From Basidiobolus meristosporus CBS 931.73 (lineage: Eukaryota; Fungi; Basidiobolomycota), in NCBI GenBank assembly GCA_002104905.1, contig MCFE01000282.1, forward strand, positions 39,572 through 103,571: 64,000 bases of DNA. Direction: 5' to 3'. The position numbers and the translations under genes were made by a program. The notes under the pieces were generated by a model that saw only the letters and a list, made by a program, of their open reading frames with translations, was not told where the DNA came from and ran no database searches. The first letter of the stretch is position 1, and the number at the start of each line of letters is the position of its first letter. Shown piece by piece: positions 25,546-39,555 of this stretch.

Positions 25546-28070
25546 TCAGTCGGTGGAGGGCTCCAGGGCCAGTCCATTTGTCGCCGGGCGATTTGGTGGA
25601 CTCGACTCAGACCCGCGATATTGACCAGTGATATAGCTGATCCAGTCGTCGGTAGGCAGCTGCTTGGCTAGAACACAATCTTCGTACATCTCTTGGACAC
25701 TTGCCTTCTCGAATACACTGTTCTCGAACAACTGGCGGTTCATCTGGAACCAGGTCAGCTGGGGAATTACAAACGCAATCTGGGATATCGGAACTTACCT
25801 TGATGGATAAGGCCAGGGCGAAGAAGTATTGCTGATAAATGGTTTGTGAGTGCAAAGGATCAGAGGCCGAGTCAAACAAGGATACTACCTGCTTGATGCG
25901 TTTGATGTCGGCAAGGTGCTGGTCGAGGACCATCTGTTGGGAAACGGTTATTGGTCAGCAATCACGCATATCTCTACATGCCAACATACTTGATCGTCGT
26001 CGCACTCCCAGTACATGGAGGCGACGGACTCTCTATGGTTGGGGTGATGAGGTCGGAATAGCGTTATCGAAGAGATCGTGTCCACCAGCTTCTTGGTTCT
26101 GTTCTCTTGCTCTTCAAGAGAGCGTCTCATAGCCTGCAGCTTAGTGTCCGAGGCAATAGTCATCTCGTGGATAACCTACGCGTAGCGAAATGTGGGTGAA
26201 TATGATGGGATCGGGCGGACTGCGTGGAAGTTCCTTACTTGCTCTAGCGATTGGATTGTGGCATTGGCGACGTCCAGCTGGAGCTGAAGCTGCCGAATGG
26301 ATAGTGAGGATTCGGACTGCCCGCAGGATCGTTAGATAGCGAGCTAGCGTACACAATACAAGGAACACACCTTATCTGCCCTGCCACCACTGTTTGCGTT
26401 CTCCTTGATCAGTTTGCGGATTCTGGTGTCTGGATTTGGTTAGGAATCAACGTGGTCGAACGGAGATCGAGTGGAATTACCTTTGAAGTCGTATTGAAAT
26501 AGGTTGTCGGTAAGGACCTGTTTCGGGATGGAGCCAATGGCGAATGGCCAATACGGCCCTGAGTACGAGAAAGACACAGAGAGGAACGGCCCGGTCCTGA
26601 AGCCTTCCATGATCTTTCCGTTCCTTTCGCAACAACCAGTTAGTCAAGAGATCGGAGCGAGCGGGCATTCCGTGTTTACTTGTGGAAGTAGGTCACCGTC
26701 ATCTGGTATCTGCCAGCACCCAGCGTGATCTTGCCCTCCATCTCTTTGCTATAGTGCTGAAATAACCGTTGAGTTGTCTGAACCACGACAACAGCTATGC
26801 TGACCTCTTACGATTCCATCGTGATCAACGACTTTGGTTCCACCGATGTACAGAGCGCTTCCGTCGTTGGACTCGGTGTAGAACTTGTACAGGCCGTCAT
26901 GGGGCACGGTGACATAGCAGGTGAATCGGACGGCAAAGTTCCCGGTCTCTGTGTACGAAGGATGAGCATTGTTGGATCTGGTTGGTTGGGTGGGCCAGCG
27001 CTCACCTATGATGTTACGCTCTGCACCGTACTTGTCGAACACGTTCACCTCGCTGGACTCGTTGATCATCATATTCCCCACGATCCCGACATTCTACAGC
27101 AACAGTAAGCAAGCCGTTAGCTGGTCTCCCTGGGCATCAAGAGCGCGAAGCACATACGCTTGGGGCGAGCAGGTCGAAATCCGGGAGTTTTTCGAATTCC
27201 CCCTGGAAATACTCGAAGAAGATGCCGGATTTGAAGTCGTGGAAATCCGAATCCGTCACTGAAGGCACTTCGGAGACTCGCTTCGCTGGATCGTGGTCGA
27301 ATTTGATTCTCCTCAAGAAGGACGCTGTGCCGCCATGATTCTACGCCAGTTACTAAGTTGCCGCGAAGGTGAATGACATATAGGACACGGGATACCCACC
27401 TCGTTGATCGAGCCATTTTTGGCCGCGGGGCATGCCTTCTTGTGATTCTCCATCTCCTTGCGTACCGCCCGCTCTGAGCAGCCAGTGTAGGGGCATCTCA
27501 GAACACGGTATTGGCACTCGACGTCGTAATGGTGCTCAAAATGCTTCCTCTCCATCGTCAGCTTCAAAGGGGTATCGAAAGTTAGTCACTGAGGGGCTAC
27601 AAGGGCGCCAGAGAGATACCCTACTTGGCAGGCCAGGCATTTAACGGAAAGCTTGTCCACCTATACAACGTGGTCAATACATGCAGCGGTCACTCGGCGC
27701 AAACTCGTGGGAAAAGCTTACGCTCTCTAGCAATTCCGGCTCTGGAAGCACCAGACTCTCCGTGTATTCCTTGCACACGGGACATTTAAAGGCCTGCGGC
27801 GAGTTGGGCCTGTCCTCAGGATTCAAATAAGGGCTCTCCTCCTCGTAAGTTTTGGTCGAAAACAACCACTGTGTTATGCATTCACGGCAAAACCTACACA
27901 CACCACGGTTAGCCTTGGAGATGGTCACAGAGAACGCCTGAACATTCTTACGTGTGTTTACAGCTGGTTTGAACCGGATCTAGGAACGGATCAGAACAAA
28001 TGGGACACAGAAGGCTGGAGTCGATAATGGAGGAGTAGCAGAACAGTGTATCAAGAGGGGGATTAGTCAT
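25546..28070 (-). CDS. Multi-exon protein: RING-HC + TRAF-type zinc finger + PA14 + coiled coil + unknown C-terminal helical region
   Basis: Manual splicing gives CPICSDPFLDPVQTSCKH.FCRECI...CPVC (C3HC4), VKCLAC...HYDVECQYRVLRCPYTGC...HKKAC, GIFFEYFQGEFEKLPDFDLLAP, FAVRFTCYVTVPHDGLYKFYTESNDGSALYIGGTKVVDHDG, GKITLGAGRYQMTVTYF and SYSGP...KQ. All inferred introns are GT-AG. Confidence 0.78.
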
Positions 28071-28476
28071 GAGGGTTAGCTATGTGGTAAGAGTTAGAGA
28101 AGTTTGCTAGGTTGATTGAGAGTGGTATCCATTAAAATGCGTGCAACGACACACAACCTACATGGAATAGAGCACTAATTTCCTAGTCATGCACATCTGG
28201 CAGTTTTTGAATGATTTAAGCATGACTAATCCACTAATCAAATTCAGGGTAGATGGAGGGTCGGTCCGCTAGTCAGCTATTCAAGGTAAAGCAAGTCCAC
28301 CCTCCAGCTCACACGATCGATTGCTCCTCAAACCCCAACTTCCTTTTCTGTCAGGTAGGTGGAAAAGATTTAGGGGTGCTACAGATTTGTGGGGTTCCTT
28401 TTGAGAGAATCCATCATATACAAAATATGCCCGTCGGCCTCTTGATACATTCGATATCAGTCACTGTTAAAAATCC

Positions 28477-29165
28477 ATGTCGCTGCTGGCCACCTTCACC
28501 CGACGAATGGTTCCCATGGCCTCCCGAGTAAGGCTCATGTCTACCAAAAGGTACCCCGCGCACGAATCGATCTTCAGTCAGCGCTTCTTCCTAAACCCTT
28601 CTCACCTGTAGTCTGACCGTCAACTTCATCACCCCAGAGGGAGAGAACGTTACCGTAAAAGCAGCCGAAGGAGACAATATCATGGAGATTGCCCACCAAA
28701 ACCATATCGACCTTGAAGGTAGGTGCCATGGTTTTCCCGGGGACTCTGTTATCTTTTCTAACGTCGGTATGCTTACTAGGCGCTTGTGAGGGCTCCTTGG
28801 CTTGCTCTACTTGCCATGTGATTCTTCCTGATGAATTTTACGAAAAATTGGAGGAACCTAGTGACGAAGAGAACGACATGTTGGACCTTGCCTTTGGCTT
28901 GACCGATACGTAAGTCTCCCATCATTTTTCGCAAGTTCAAGTATGGACCGAACAGCAGAGCTTTACCTTGCTGTTTAATGCCAGCTCCCGCCTTGGCTGT
29001 CAAGTGATCATGACCCCCGAACTCGATGGCATTACCTGCAAAATCCCCTCGGCCACGAGAAATATGGCAGTCGATGGTAGAAACAACTCTTCTCAGGCCT
29101 CACACAGCCATCCAAACTAACCCTCTTTCCGCCATTCACTAGGATACAAGCCCAAGCCTCACTAA
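28477..29165 (+). CDS. YAH1: Mitochondrial [2Fe-2S] ferredoxin (adrenodoxin-type), 5 exons
   Basis: [35 protein letters not shown]; Arg-rich presequence. Confidence 0.93.
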
Positions 29166-29534
29166 CGTTGCTGACCTGACAGCCACCCACCCACTTCCCC
29201 TCCCTTCAATGTCTATTGCATTCATCATCATTATTCTCCTATCTAGTAGTTCACCCCTACAGTAGAACCAGAACCTTTTCCACAGTGGCATTTTCATGTA
29301 GATGATTTCCATGAAGGTGGGTATATATCCCGTATCGCGCCAGATCACTTGCCCTTCGACCTGGATTGTTTTCGAGGAAAAATAAATTTTCTTTTTGTAT
29401 GTGTGTGCTGGTTTTATCCTGAACGAACATGCTGATCACCCTCCGTCCACGTGACCCACCCGGGGATGGGTCAGTTCTTAATGGAAGCGAGGGGCGGAAA
29501 TTTCGAGGCTTTTTTCCAGGTCAACAACTACACC

Positions 29535-30025
29535 ATGGCTGACGTTATCCCACAACCCACCAATGCTGTAGAGGAGCCTTTAGATCTTGTTCGTCTTAGT
29601 TTGGACGAAAGAATTTACGTCAAAATGCGTGGTGATCGGGAGCTTCGCGGAAAGCTTCACGTAAGTTTGTTCCTCCCTTGGTGCAGGCCACTCGCGGCTG
29701 GGCTTTCTGACGGGTTTTCTCCTTAGGCTTATGACCAGCACTTGAATATGGTCCTTGGGGATGTCGAAGAGACCATCACAGTGGTGGATTTGAATGATGA
29801 GACTTACGAAGAGACCATCAGAGTAAGTGCTATGGATCACTCGGAGTCCCAGCTTTCTCTAAATTCACCTTGTTCCTGTAGACTGTCAAGCACAAATCGG
29901 ACATGCTCTTTGTACGAGGCGACGGAGTGATCTTGGTAGGCGTCCCTTAAATCTGAGGATCCCTTTCCTGCCGCGATTAACTGTTTGACCCCTTTTAGGT
30001 GTCCCCACCTTCGAGAGTAGACTGA
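29535..30025 (+). CDS. LSM3: U6 snRNA-associated Sm-like protein LSm3, 4 exons
   Basis: [62 protein letters not shown]. Confidence 0.95.
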
Positions 30026-30259
30026 GTTGCGGATTGTTCCTTAACAATGTGCACTTTCAAATTCAAAGTAATAATATATTCACTTGTAAATCTCCAAGGC
30101 AATCCTTTATTTTTTCATATACATATATATATGGGTGTATGTGGGTGTGTGGGTGTGTGAGTGTGTGAGTGTGTATGTGCGTAGGTTATTATTATGGGGA
30201 ATTATACGTGTGGCTTTTGCCAAAGGTAGTTTGGATCGATTTGGGCTACACCACTTTTA

Positions 30260-30888
30260 CTAGTTTGCTCGCTTAGACCAGGATAGCCAAACTGCCACCC
30301 CGATGACAACCACTGCGCCGACAATCCCAATGCCAACAACTCCCTCTGAAAGTAACCAGTTAGCAGAACGGGTAAGGAATGGAATTTACCTTTCACAGCA
30401 CTCACCTCGGGTGACCTGGTTGTTGATCGATGCCTGTAGCGCTAATACCTGCTCATTCTCCGGCACGTATTCAAGTAGATGCTGGCAGAAACCCCGAGCC
30501 TCCAGGTAATTTCCTAATTTGTAGTAACCGAGTGCCAAATAGTACAAACACTCGAGACGTCGTTCCTCTTCATGATTATACATTTCTACCAATACCGCAT
30601 TAGTGATACGGTTCGGTTTGAAGGCGATGGAGCAAGGGCCTGTTACCTGTGAATAAACCGATAGCCTCTTTTTGGTCGGCCTTTCGTTTACTTCTGAGCA
30701 GCCCCCAGGCTAGATTGAACCTGGTTTGGAGGGAGGGCTTTTCCTGATCCTTGTCATATTGTCGACGTAAAATCTGAGGGAGAGGAGTTAGTGGTGGGGT
30801 GCTGTGGATAGAGTACGGTTCGCCATCTTACATTCAACTCGGCGCTGGTAAGCGGAAGTTGAGCGTCTTGTATCGTTGGTAACTTCAT
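30260..30888 (-). CDS. FIS1: Mitochondrial fission protein Fis1, 4 exons
   Basis: QTRFNLAWGLLRS, RRLECLYYLALGYYKLGNY, P.N.Q, and a C-terminal TM anchor GVVGIGIVGAVVVIGVAVW with a basic tail. Confidence 0.9.
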
Positions 30889-31109
30889 TCAAGCCAAGAA
30901 TAATGGAGATGGGGAGAAAATCGATTGATTAAGCCATTTATTAAGTCGCTTACGGAATGGATTTTCCTAACCATATGGCATCAAGTGACTTACAGTGGTG
31001 ATTGCCTACGAGTGAACGTGGGGAATCTGCCTTATTTGTATATAAGAATGGTGCTAGTAAAATTCCCCCTTCAAAGGATCGGTCTTTCCCCTCTGGACGA
31101 ACCTCAAGC

Positions 31110-33107
31110 ATGTCAGAAGCACCTGCTCACACAACAAGAACTCTTGTGACCACCTCCGTCCTGTTTTATCTGACAGTATTCGTGTATCTGCGTTGGTAGG
31201 CCGGGATATCTCTCACCTACTGTTGATGAGAATACTAACTCTTCTTGGCAGGATCCCCGGGTATGCAGCGTACAGAATCATTACCATACTGTTCCCGGTC
31301 AATTTACTTCTCACCGGATACGTTTGGCGTTGGCGCACCAAGCCAAACCACCCCTTGAACAGCGCAGTCGCCGAAAGCGAAAACCAAGCGCTTGCTAGCT
31401 CCCAAGAGTACCAGAAGACGAAATACAGCGACCGCACCGAGAGCGAGGCAACCTCAAGCTCGACTGCCCAGCCGTCCACTAAAGCTCTTCGGGCGAGAAA
31501 ACCAGGCGAAACCCAGGCTCAGAAAGCTGTTCCCGCGGATAGACCAACCGTCAACCCCCGCAGCCGCAACGGAGTGTCATACATTCTGCTCGCCGCCAAC
31601 CTGCTCTTGTCCGGCTTCTTGTTCCTCTCGGTGTTCCACTTTACTTTCAGAGCGTATTATCTTGATATCGGGACGCAGCTGGCTTTCGCACGTACCGGAG
31701 AGGTCTCCTATGATCATGCCAAGCTTTTTGTAAGAGACCCAAGGGCCACGGAAGTCCGCCTTGAGTACAAGGAGGCTCAAGAGGAAGGCTGGAAGCGGGG
31801 CCCGGTGGTCAAGCTGACCAAAGCGGATGATTACACCGCCACCGCCATGATTTCCGGCTTGGAAGCATCCCACACATACCTCTATCGGTTCGTAGATTTG
31901 GAGAGCGAAGGCATCGTTGGGCCCGGTGCGAACACCTTCACCACGTCACCAACTCCGGGGAGCCCCGCGAAATTCAGATTCGTGGCAGGGTCCTGTATCA
32001 AGCCCAATTTCCCGTACACGCCATTCCAGGACGTTGGGATCCCTGGATTCCGAGTGATGCGCCAGCACGAGATGGACTTCATGATTCTGCTGGGGGATTT
32101 CATCTACGCAGGTGAGTGCGGGCTTGTGAGCAGATGTCAGCAGGAACTAACTTTGCCAATCCCCCCTTAGATGTCCCCTATTACTTTGGTCCACAGATCG
32201 ACGACTATAGACGTCTCTACCGCGAAATCTACGCCGACCAGGACTTCGCGAGCATCTACCGCAAGGTGCCCATCTACAACACCTACGACGACCACGAGGT
32301 AAGTACCGAGTCGCTGGACGAATGAATGGTGGCTCACGCATGGCATCCAGGTGTTGAACAATTGGAATTTCCAAGAGCGTCCTCCCATGGGAAATGCCAT
32401 GGTCGCGTACAACGAATACCAGGGGATGCCTAACCCCGATCCCCTCGAGAAAGAAACCGCCTATTACTCCTTCTCCTACGGAGACACCGCGTTCTTCGTG
32501 ATGGACACCCGCCGCTATCGCAGCGACGCGAATCTACCTGACGACGAGAGCAAAACCATGCTTGGCGCACGGCAGATGGCCCATTTCCGCGAATGGGTCC
32601 AGCAGGTGAACCAGACCGCATCGGTCAAATTCATAGTGACTTCGGTCCCCTTCACCATCAACTGGTCGAACTACGACGCATCGAAAGACACTTGGCGTGG
32701 ATACCAGACGGAAAGAAAGGAGATCCTGGAGCTTCTGCGCTATGTTCCCAATGTTCACATGATTTCTGGGGTAAGGAACCGTGGCACAATGGCCTTGGAG
32801 AGCCACCCGATTAAATCCCTTTTCGTTTTAGGATCGCCATGAGGCCGCAGTCACCCAATTGCCCTACGGTGTGATCGATTTCTCGACCTCGCCCATCAAC
32901 CAGTTTTACCTTCCGTTCAGGACCTACCGAGACGATAACGGGGACAGGGAAATCTACTACCAGCTGACCGGGAACATCAAATACGCCATCTTCGAGGTGG
33001 ACACCACCGAGCCATCCAAGCCAGCCGTCAAATACATGCTCTACACCGGAGGTGCTGAGCCCGAGTTTGTTTACAACCTGGACACGAGACCCGTCCCTTC
33101 CCCTTAG
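31110..33107 (+). CDS. Membrane-anchored PhoD-family alkaline phosphatase/phosphodiesterase
   Basis: N-terminal TM segments, then FVAGSCIK, FMILLGDFIYA(D), YDDHE, FFVMDTRRYRS, KFIVTSVP, DTWRGYQTER, SG(DRH) and FSTSP; multi-exon. Start inferred. Confidence 0.88.
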
Positions 33108-33243
33108 ACTCCATGTATCCATGCCGGAATAAACTTCATCGCGTCACGTGACCACACAGACAAAATTTTTCCCCATCTTAAATTTCAGTCACCATACAAT
33201 CACGGGCCGACTACTCAACCACCACCAAAGTAGCTGGCTGAGC

Positions 33244-35891
33244 ATGCACGGAATTTTAACGCGCGTTTTGGGGCAGCATGTCAGGCCGTTGGTAAGAAGC
33301 CAAGCCCGTGGGCCCTGGTACAAAGCCTGTTCGGCCGTCAGCTTGCGGAGATATTCCGAGGTGACTTCCGGGGAGGGGGGCGAAAAAGAGCAAGTCACAA
33401 GCCTCGCCTCGGCGGACTCCAACTTGGGGGAGGAAAAAGCGGCCGCGAAGAGTGAGGAGAAGACAGCCACAAAGTCCAAGGCAAAGAAAGCGAAGCGGGT
33501 GGTACCCCCTCGCTCGGACATTGTAGATAAACTAATGGCGGAGCTGATAGAAGATCCCCGAGAATCCACGCTTGACGACATCAACAACACCAAACCACTC
33601 AACCTGAAGCTGACAGACGAGGAGTACAACGTGTTTCGTAACCGGTTCAACAAGTCGTTCACCTCGGCCCAGCTGAAGGAATACTGCAAGGCCTACAACA
33701 TCATCGGTGGAAAGAGCAAGATGAAGACCATCGAGAATATCATGGACCATTGGAATGTTGAAAAGGTGAAAGCCTTGAGTGGCATCGAGATCGCCGAGAA
33801 TATCATCAAGAATGCTCGAAAAGAAGACAGCTTCACCGAAGGTATATGCAGGCGTTCGCTGGATTCGAGAAAGCTCACCCCTTTTAACCCTTGCTTGTCG
33901 ATCGGTAGTCTTCGATTCGAACCGTAGAGACCTCTTCTTTATCATTGGAAATGGTTCGTATAAGTTGGACTCTCGACTGGTGGAATAAGCTATTGATGAT
34001 TCGCCTTGTGTAGATGGCGACACTATTAGACAACTAGAGCTGGAAGGAAACGTAGTCATTGGAATCGACTTGGAGAAGGAGTGTTATACGATCAAGGGAC
34101 AAGACACCTCCATTGATAAGATCAAGCACAAAATCAAGCAGTTGCTGGTAAACTTTAATCCTCCCACTGGCCGCCAACCCTTACACGGTTCTAACATGAA
34201 TCCCCAAAGAACTACGTTGAAGAAACATTGGACATTGCCGACGCTTCACCGGACTTCCTTGCCCAAAATCTACCGGTGATTTCCGAAATCTCCAAGCTTT
34301 CTAATACCTACATGGTGGTTGACAATGATCAGAAGGTGAGACTTGGTCTATTGGTTGGTGAATGCATTGGCTAACCCACATTCGCAGCTGCACATCTCTG
34401 GTCTGTCGGACTCTGATCTACGTAGAGCTCGCCTCCTCTTGGGCTCGTTTTGGTCCAAGGTAAGCGGCACCCGTTGCATCACGAGCCATATTGTATACTT
34501 ACGACGTCTGGCAGCCTGACGAAAGACACTCTTCCGAGCTCTTGTACCATGGTTCGACAGAGAACCAGTCCAACCTGAATTTCTTTCCCATCCATGACCC
34601 TCAATCCATGTCGCTCTACCAGAAGAGCCTTAACTGCTTCCGCGTAGGCCCAGTGGTTTCCACGGTATTCAGCCTAGCCTGCCCTCTTCCACCATACGCC
34701 TCGCACTAACCCACACATGTCAGTCCGCGAAGGACGGTTCCGCTCAGGTGGAGGACACGACCGTGCACATTGCCGGGGACAAACCGTGAGTACATCACCA
34801 AGCACTTTTGACCACCAGTATGCCAACCAAATCTTTAGAGCCACCCCGCTCAAATTGACCGAGTTCGCCGACACGCTTCTGAAAACGGACGGTGAGATTT
34901 CGCAGATGGATTTTCGAGCACGGTACGTGGTTTCCAATGACATTCCCAGCCCGGGAAAGGGGCTCACACTGTTTCTAGCTTCGGCCATGTGGCATTCTTC
35001 GACAAGTACCTGTTGAATCAGCCAAGCCTCTTCAAAACCCCCAGGGTCGAGGCGATGTGCCAAGAACAGCTTAAGCAATGGCTGGCCAAGGCCAACTACA
35101 ACTGGTCGTTCTTCCCTAGCTACCCAGCCTCTAGCTTGTCCAAAGGCTTGGTGCCACTTACCCGACAACAATTTTACGAGGTGGATTACAGACCAGCCAA
35201 CCAGGTGTATCAGCAAGGGTCTAGTCAACGCATCCGTGCGTTGTTCGAAATCATGACCGACCAAATAGAGCTGAAGAATGTCCTGAACGTTGCCCTCCAG
35301 AAGTCGGCCGACGTCATCGTCCCTGCAGGGTAAATTCCCCGAGATTGATTGTTGTTCGCATCCAAGCACTCACACCCGAAATTTAGTAAATGCGACGTGG
35401 AATTCCGGGCCACTGGCTTCAACGAGTCCGGAGTGTCCCGTATACACGACATACTCCAGAGTAGTCAGGATTCTTCAGAGTAAGTCCCCCGGCACATCGG
35501 CGAACATCAACCAGTTTAACTCAGCCTTCGTCGTCTAGAAACACCTTGTGCTGCCCCAAGGACATCGAGGTCGATGACAGCTCGGCAAGACTCAACCTCG
35601 CCGAAGTGACCCTTAGATCATCCAATATATACGACTACAACGGGCTCACCTTGTTGATTGATCACATCGCAAGACAGAATAGCGGTGAAATCCGAACTGA
35701 AGTCTCGGTAAGTGAACACATGATACACAGCACAAGCGACCCCCAACCATTAACCGCGCCTGTGCTAGTTGGTTCCATTCTCGGTTGATGATTACACCGG
35801 AGCCACGCTGGACTCCGCATCCACCGCTGAACTGGTCAAGAGCAACTGGGAGAACTTCGTCTTCAATACGTTCAAAATTCTCAATCACTAG
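33244..35891 (+). CDS. Putative mitochondrial RNA-associated protein, SLS1-like (KH-like segments), multi-exon
   Basis: Presequence-like N-terminus, FNKSFTSAQLKEYC...IMDHW (SLS1 N-domain-like), RDLFFIIGNDGDTIRQL (KH-like); ends VKSNWENFVFNTFKILNH*. The family assignment is from memory of motifs only. Confidence 0.5.
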
Positions 35892-35972
35892 TCATCGAGT
35901 AAATCTTGTATTTTTGTTCATTAATAGAAATCATTCGCATATTTCCCAATAAACGGCATTTATTTGCTAGAC

Positions 35973-38900
35973 TCAGTAGTCTTCGGCCATGATGAGCGTA
36001 ACCAGGGCGCTCCATCCGGTAAAGGGATGGGAGCGCTGGCCACGCCCGGTTTCCGAAGAGTACTGCTCCCAGATGTAGCCGGTCTTTTGGTAATCCTTGT
36101 AAATAGTGTTCATCACATTTTTGCGCAGCTTCGTGTAGATCTCCTTGGCCAGGTCTTGGTAGGGCCCCTCCACATCAACATAGTTCTTGTACAAGGAAGA
36201 CAACGCCAAGTAGTTGATGTTAATCCAGATCGGGCCTCTCCAGTAGTTCTCATTGGTGCCGTAGAACTGGTCGGACTTGGAGAGGGAGCGCAGCCCATAA
36301 GGCGACCATAGGTGATCTGGGTCATACATCATATCCAAGATGGATTTGAGGCGAGGCGAGTCGGGTGGAAGCAGGCCCAGGAGCATGGGGAACAGGGTGA
36401 TGTACCCATTATGGCAAACAAACATCGATTCTCCCTGGTCGTTTGCCGTCAAATCGCAATAAGCTTGCTTCTCCTCATTCCAGTGAAGATCCTCTAGATT
36501 CTCGATGATATTCTCGTACACATCCTCGAATTCATCGGCGTCATCTTCTTCGCCGATATACACTGCGACATCGCGAAGAGTGCGTGACATGAATCCCATC
36601 CAGCAGTGCAAATCCAGGTGAAGCTCACCAACATGAGGCGGTGAAGCGCGAGGGTAGTCGTCGAGGCCTGACCATATCAGATTGGATCAACATGGGATGC
36701 ACTTGGGATGGACATCAACACTAGGAACGTTACCTGAGGTTAGTGTGTGATTCTCGGTTCTCCCGCGCCAACGATAGGCCTCCTTACTAGCGGCCTCTCG
36801 GCCAAAGCCCTTGATCTCCCCCTTCTGTGTTCTGCGGAACCATTTGTAGTTCAACTTGTATTTCTCGTAGACCTGGCGCAGGTAGATTTTGGCCAAGTCC
36901 GAGTCCATCAAATGTCTGTTGATAAGGACGTCCAAGTCGTCTTCGGAAACGATCATTTTGTTGAGGCCACCTTCGAATTCTACGAAACAGTTAGCGCAGC
37001 ACTCGGTGGAACGGCTAATCAATCAGCGCTATTTACGATCAGAAACCAATTCGGGCTTCTTGAAGCTCTTGAGTCTTTCCACATATTTCTGGATAGCCAT
37101 AAGCAGGGTAGGTGGGTTGGCGTAGTGAGTGTATTGTGTTTGAAACTCGGCCGGGACCTGGGCAACATCGATTGAGTAAGCTTAAGACAGACATCATCCC
37201 GAGCTCCTTTACCTTGCTTCGAGCCTCCGCGCCTAAAATCTGCTCTCTCCCGATCCAGCCATCGGCATCGATTAGCGAGGCCCAATGCTTGATGATTTCC
37301 AAACTAGAGTATCCAAAGGTTAGCTAGTAACTACGGCATTACTTCCTCGCCAACATTACCTAAGATCATTGTCCCACTTGCCGATCAGAAGCTGATGGAA
37401 ACCCTCATCCCTAGTAAGCTTATCTCAGTGTACTGCAAGAGCAAAAGAACAGGATAGTGGCTGGTCTACCATAGAAATCCTCTGGGGAAGAATGGCCGAG
37501 AGGGAACGGCCGAGAACAACGTCATAGGCGGGGTTAGTTTGGTGGCCGACTCCTGGGGATTCATGACAAATTCCGATTCGTCCTCTAGATGATTTGCATG
37601 ATCGTTGATTATGCTATCTCCATGGAAGTACCTACAAGGAAATGCGTCAGAGCAATTGGCATCTAGTATCCGCGTGCTGAGTTATTTACCCTATACCGCC
37701 AACCATGTTGCTCATAGCCGCTTTGGCGAAGTCAACCTGGTGTGGCTTGAATCCTTTGGATGCAAGCTTGAAGGTACGTTCGAATCGCTCATCGAACTGT
37801 TGGTAGGATGTCTGCAGGAGCGTGGAAATCTCTTCGCCTGCATCGGGACACAATTAGACTGGGTGAAAAGAGAGGATGTCGGGGCCGCTGCTTACGCTCG
37901 ATATTGGCATGGTGTGATTTGGAGTTGAAGATGACATCGAACTGCCAAGTGTTGGTTGAATACTGTGTACTGGAATGCGAGACAAAGAGTTCGGCCTTAC
38001 TTGGAATGGTGCTTCAAGCACCTTTTGGAAGGCATAAAAGTTGGAATCTGCCATCGATACACTCTTGTATGTAAACAGATAGGCGGGCTCCGGGAAGTTA
38101 GGGTTGTATTTTTGGACTAGGTGTGAGGCCGATTGCATAATATGCTGCTGAACCATATCTGGTTGAGCTGATGTTAGAGCATTGCATTGACCAAGAGTCA
38201 TGGTTACTGGATCACCTTTTGCCTTCCACTGCTCACCACGTGGAACAGAAAGGCCGAGAACCTGTGTATAATCAAGCTCGGGGTAATCATCCTTCGGGGC
38301 TTCCTGAACGTTGGGCGCTTTGTTGTCCTCGTCTATGAAGTCGATGCTTCTTAACTTCCCTGCTCTCCCTGGTTTTTGACTATTGCTGACAACCTACCAT
38401 CAATGATATGGATCTCGAAATCGCCCAATCCACCACCGTGGCCTTTCAGCGTAATAGGCCCCTTCAAACCCTTCAAAGCCCATCAATAATGAATACGGAT
38501 CGTGCATGATTGGAATGGAGCATACCTTCGCTTCCGCGGGATTATCTACTGTCAAATCGCCTTCGGCATCTAAGCCAGTGTAAAATACAAGTGCCACCTT
38601 AGCAGTATCTGCATCGATATACAGGCGTTTAGCGGGTTTCGGGTGACCACTAGAGTGGGTGGAAGGGTGTTTCATGTACATACCTTTTATCGGCTTTCCC
38701 GAGATCCTGACCGCCCAGTCTCCACCTTGGTCGTATCTGTGAGCGAGGTTGGTTCTGCAAGCTATTCGAAAGGTGTGAGGTACAAACCGTGTTCCCCTGG
38801 AGCTTTGATGAATTCTGTGGTAAGGATTATGTTGTTGGCGGAATCCTTGATCTCCTGTTGACCGAAAGTACGTCCATCGTGCCTTAGATATCCGTAAGAA

Positions 38901-39172
38901 TCCAAGTTATCTCCCTGTTCGCAACTGTGGCGGATGTTTCTGAAGGATTGGAAGTCTTCCAAGCCGAACCACATCAACCCGGTGGCTAGGGATTCGGGGA
39001 TGCGTGGACGAGTGCCAAAGTAAAGATTGGGCCGGTATGTACCCCACAATAAAGAGGAATTACTGGCTATCACAGAATTTAGTTGGCTCTCAAGGCTGGT
39101 AGCCAAGACAAGGTTTCCGTGGAGTAGAACCCCGATAGCCAGGAACTTCGCGTTGACCGAGGTGAACTTCAT
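35973..39172 (-). CDS. CWH41: Mannosyl-oligosaccharide glucosidase I (GH63), multi-exon
   Basis: Signal/anchor, [48 protein letters not shown]...[14 protein letters not shown]. Confidence 0.95.
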
Positions 39173-39555
39173 ATGCTGCTGGACCCGACCTAAGCGTCAT
39201 TCCAATATCTAGTTGCCATAACTCAATGCATTTGTCATGTGATCTGCGAGTATACAGGGATTTTCGAATCTAGAAAACTATGCACCCTCGTTGCACCCTC
39301 ATTGCTCCCTCATTCCAAGTTAGATTGGTTCTTCAATAAGAAGCTGCCACTTTACAAATAATTCGTAGTCCAATAAGGAGCATCTTAAGTGTTAAACAAA
39401 ATACTCTATTAAAGTCTAATTGGTGTGATTCTTTGACAAACCTCAACCGATAGAAGATTTGTTTTATTGGTGAATATCACCGGAAACCACCTTGAAATAC
39501 GGTGCTCGACACCTTTTATTGTTTATCACAAGTGTCTGCACCTCTAGTTGCTAGT

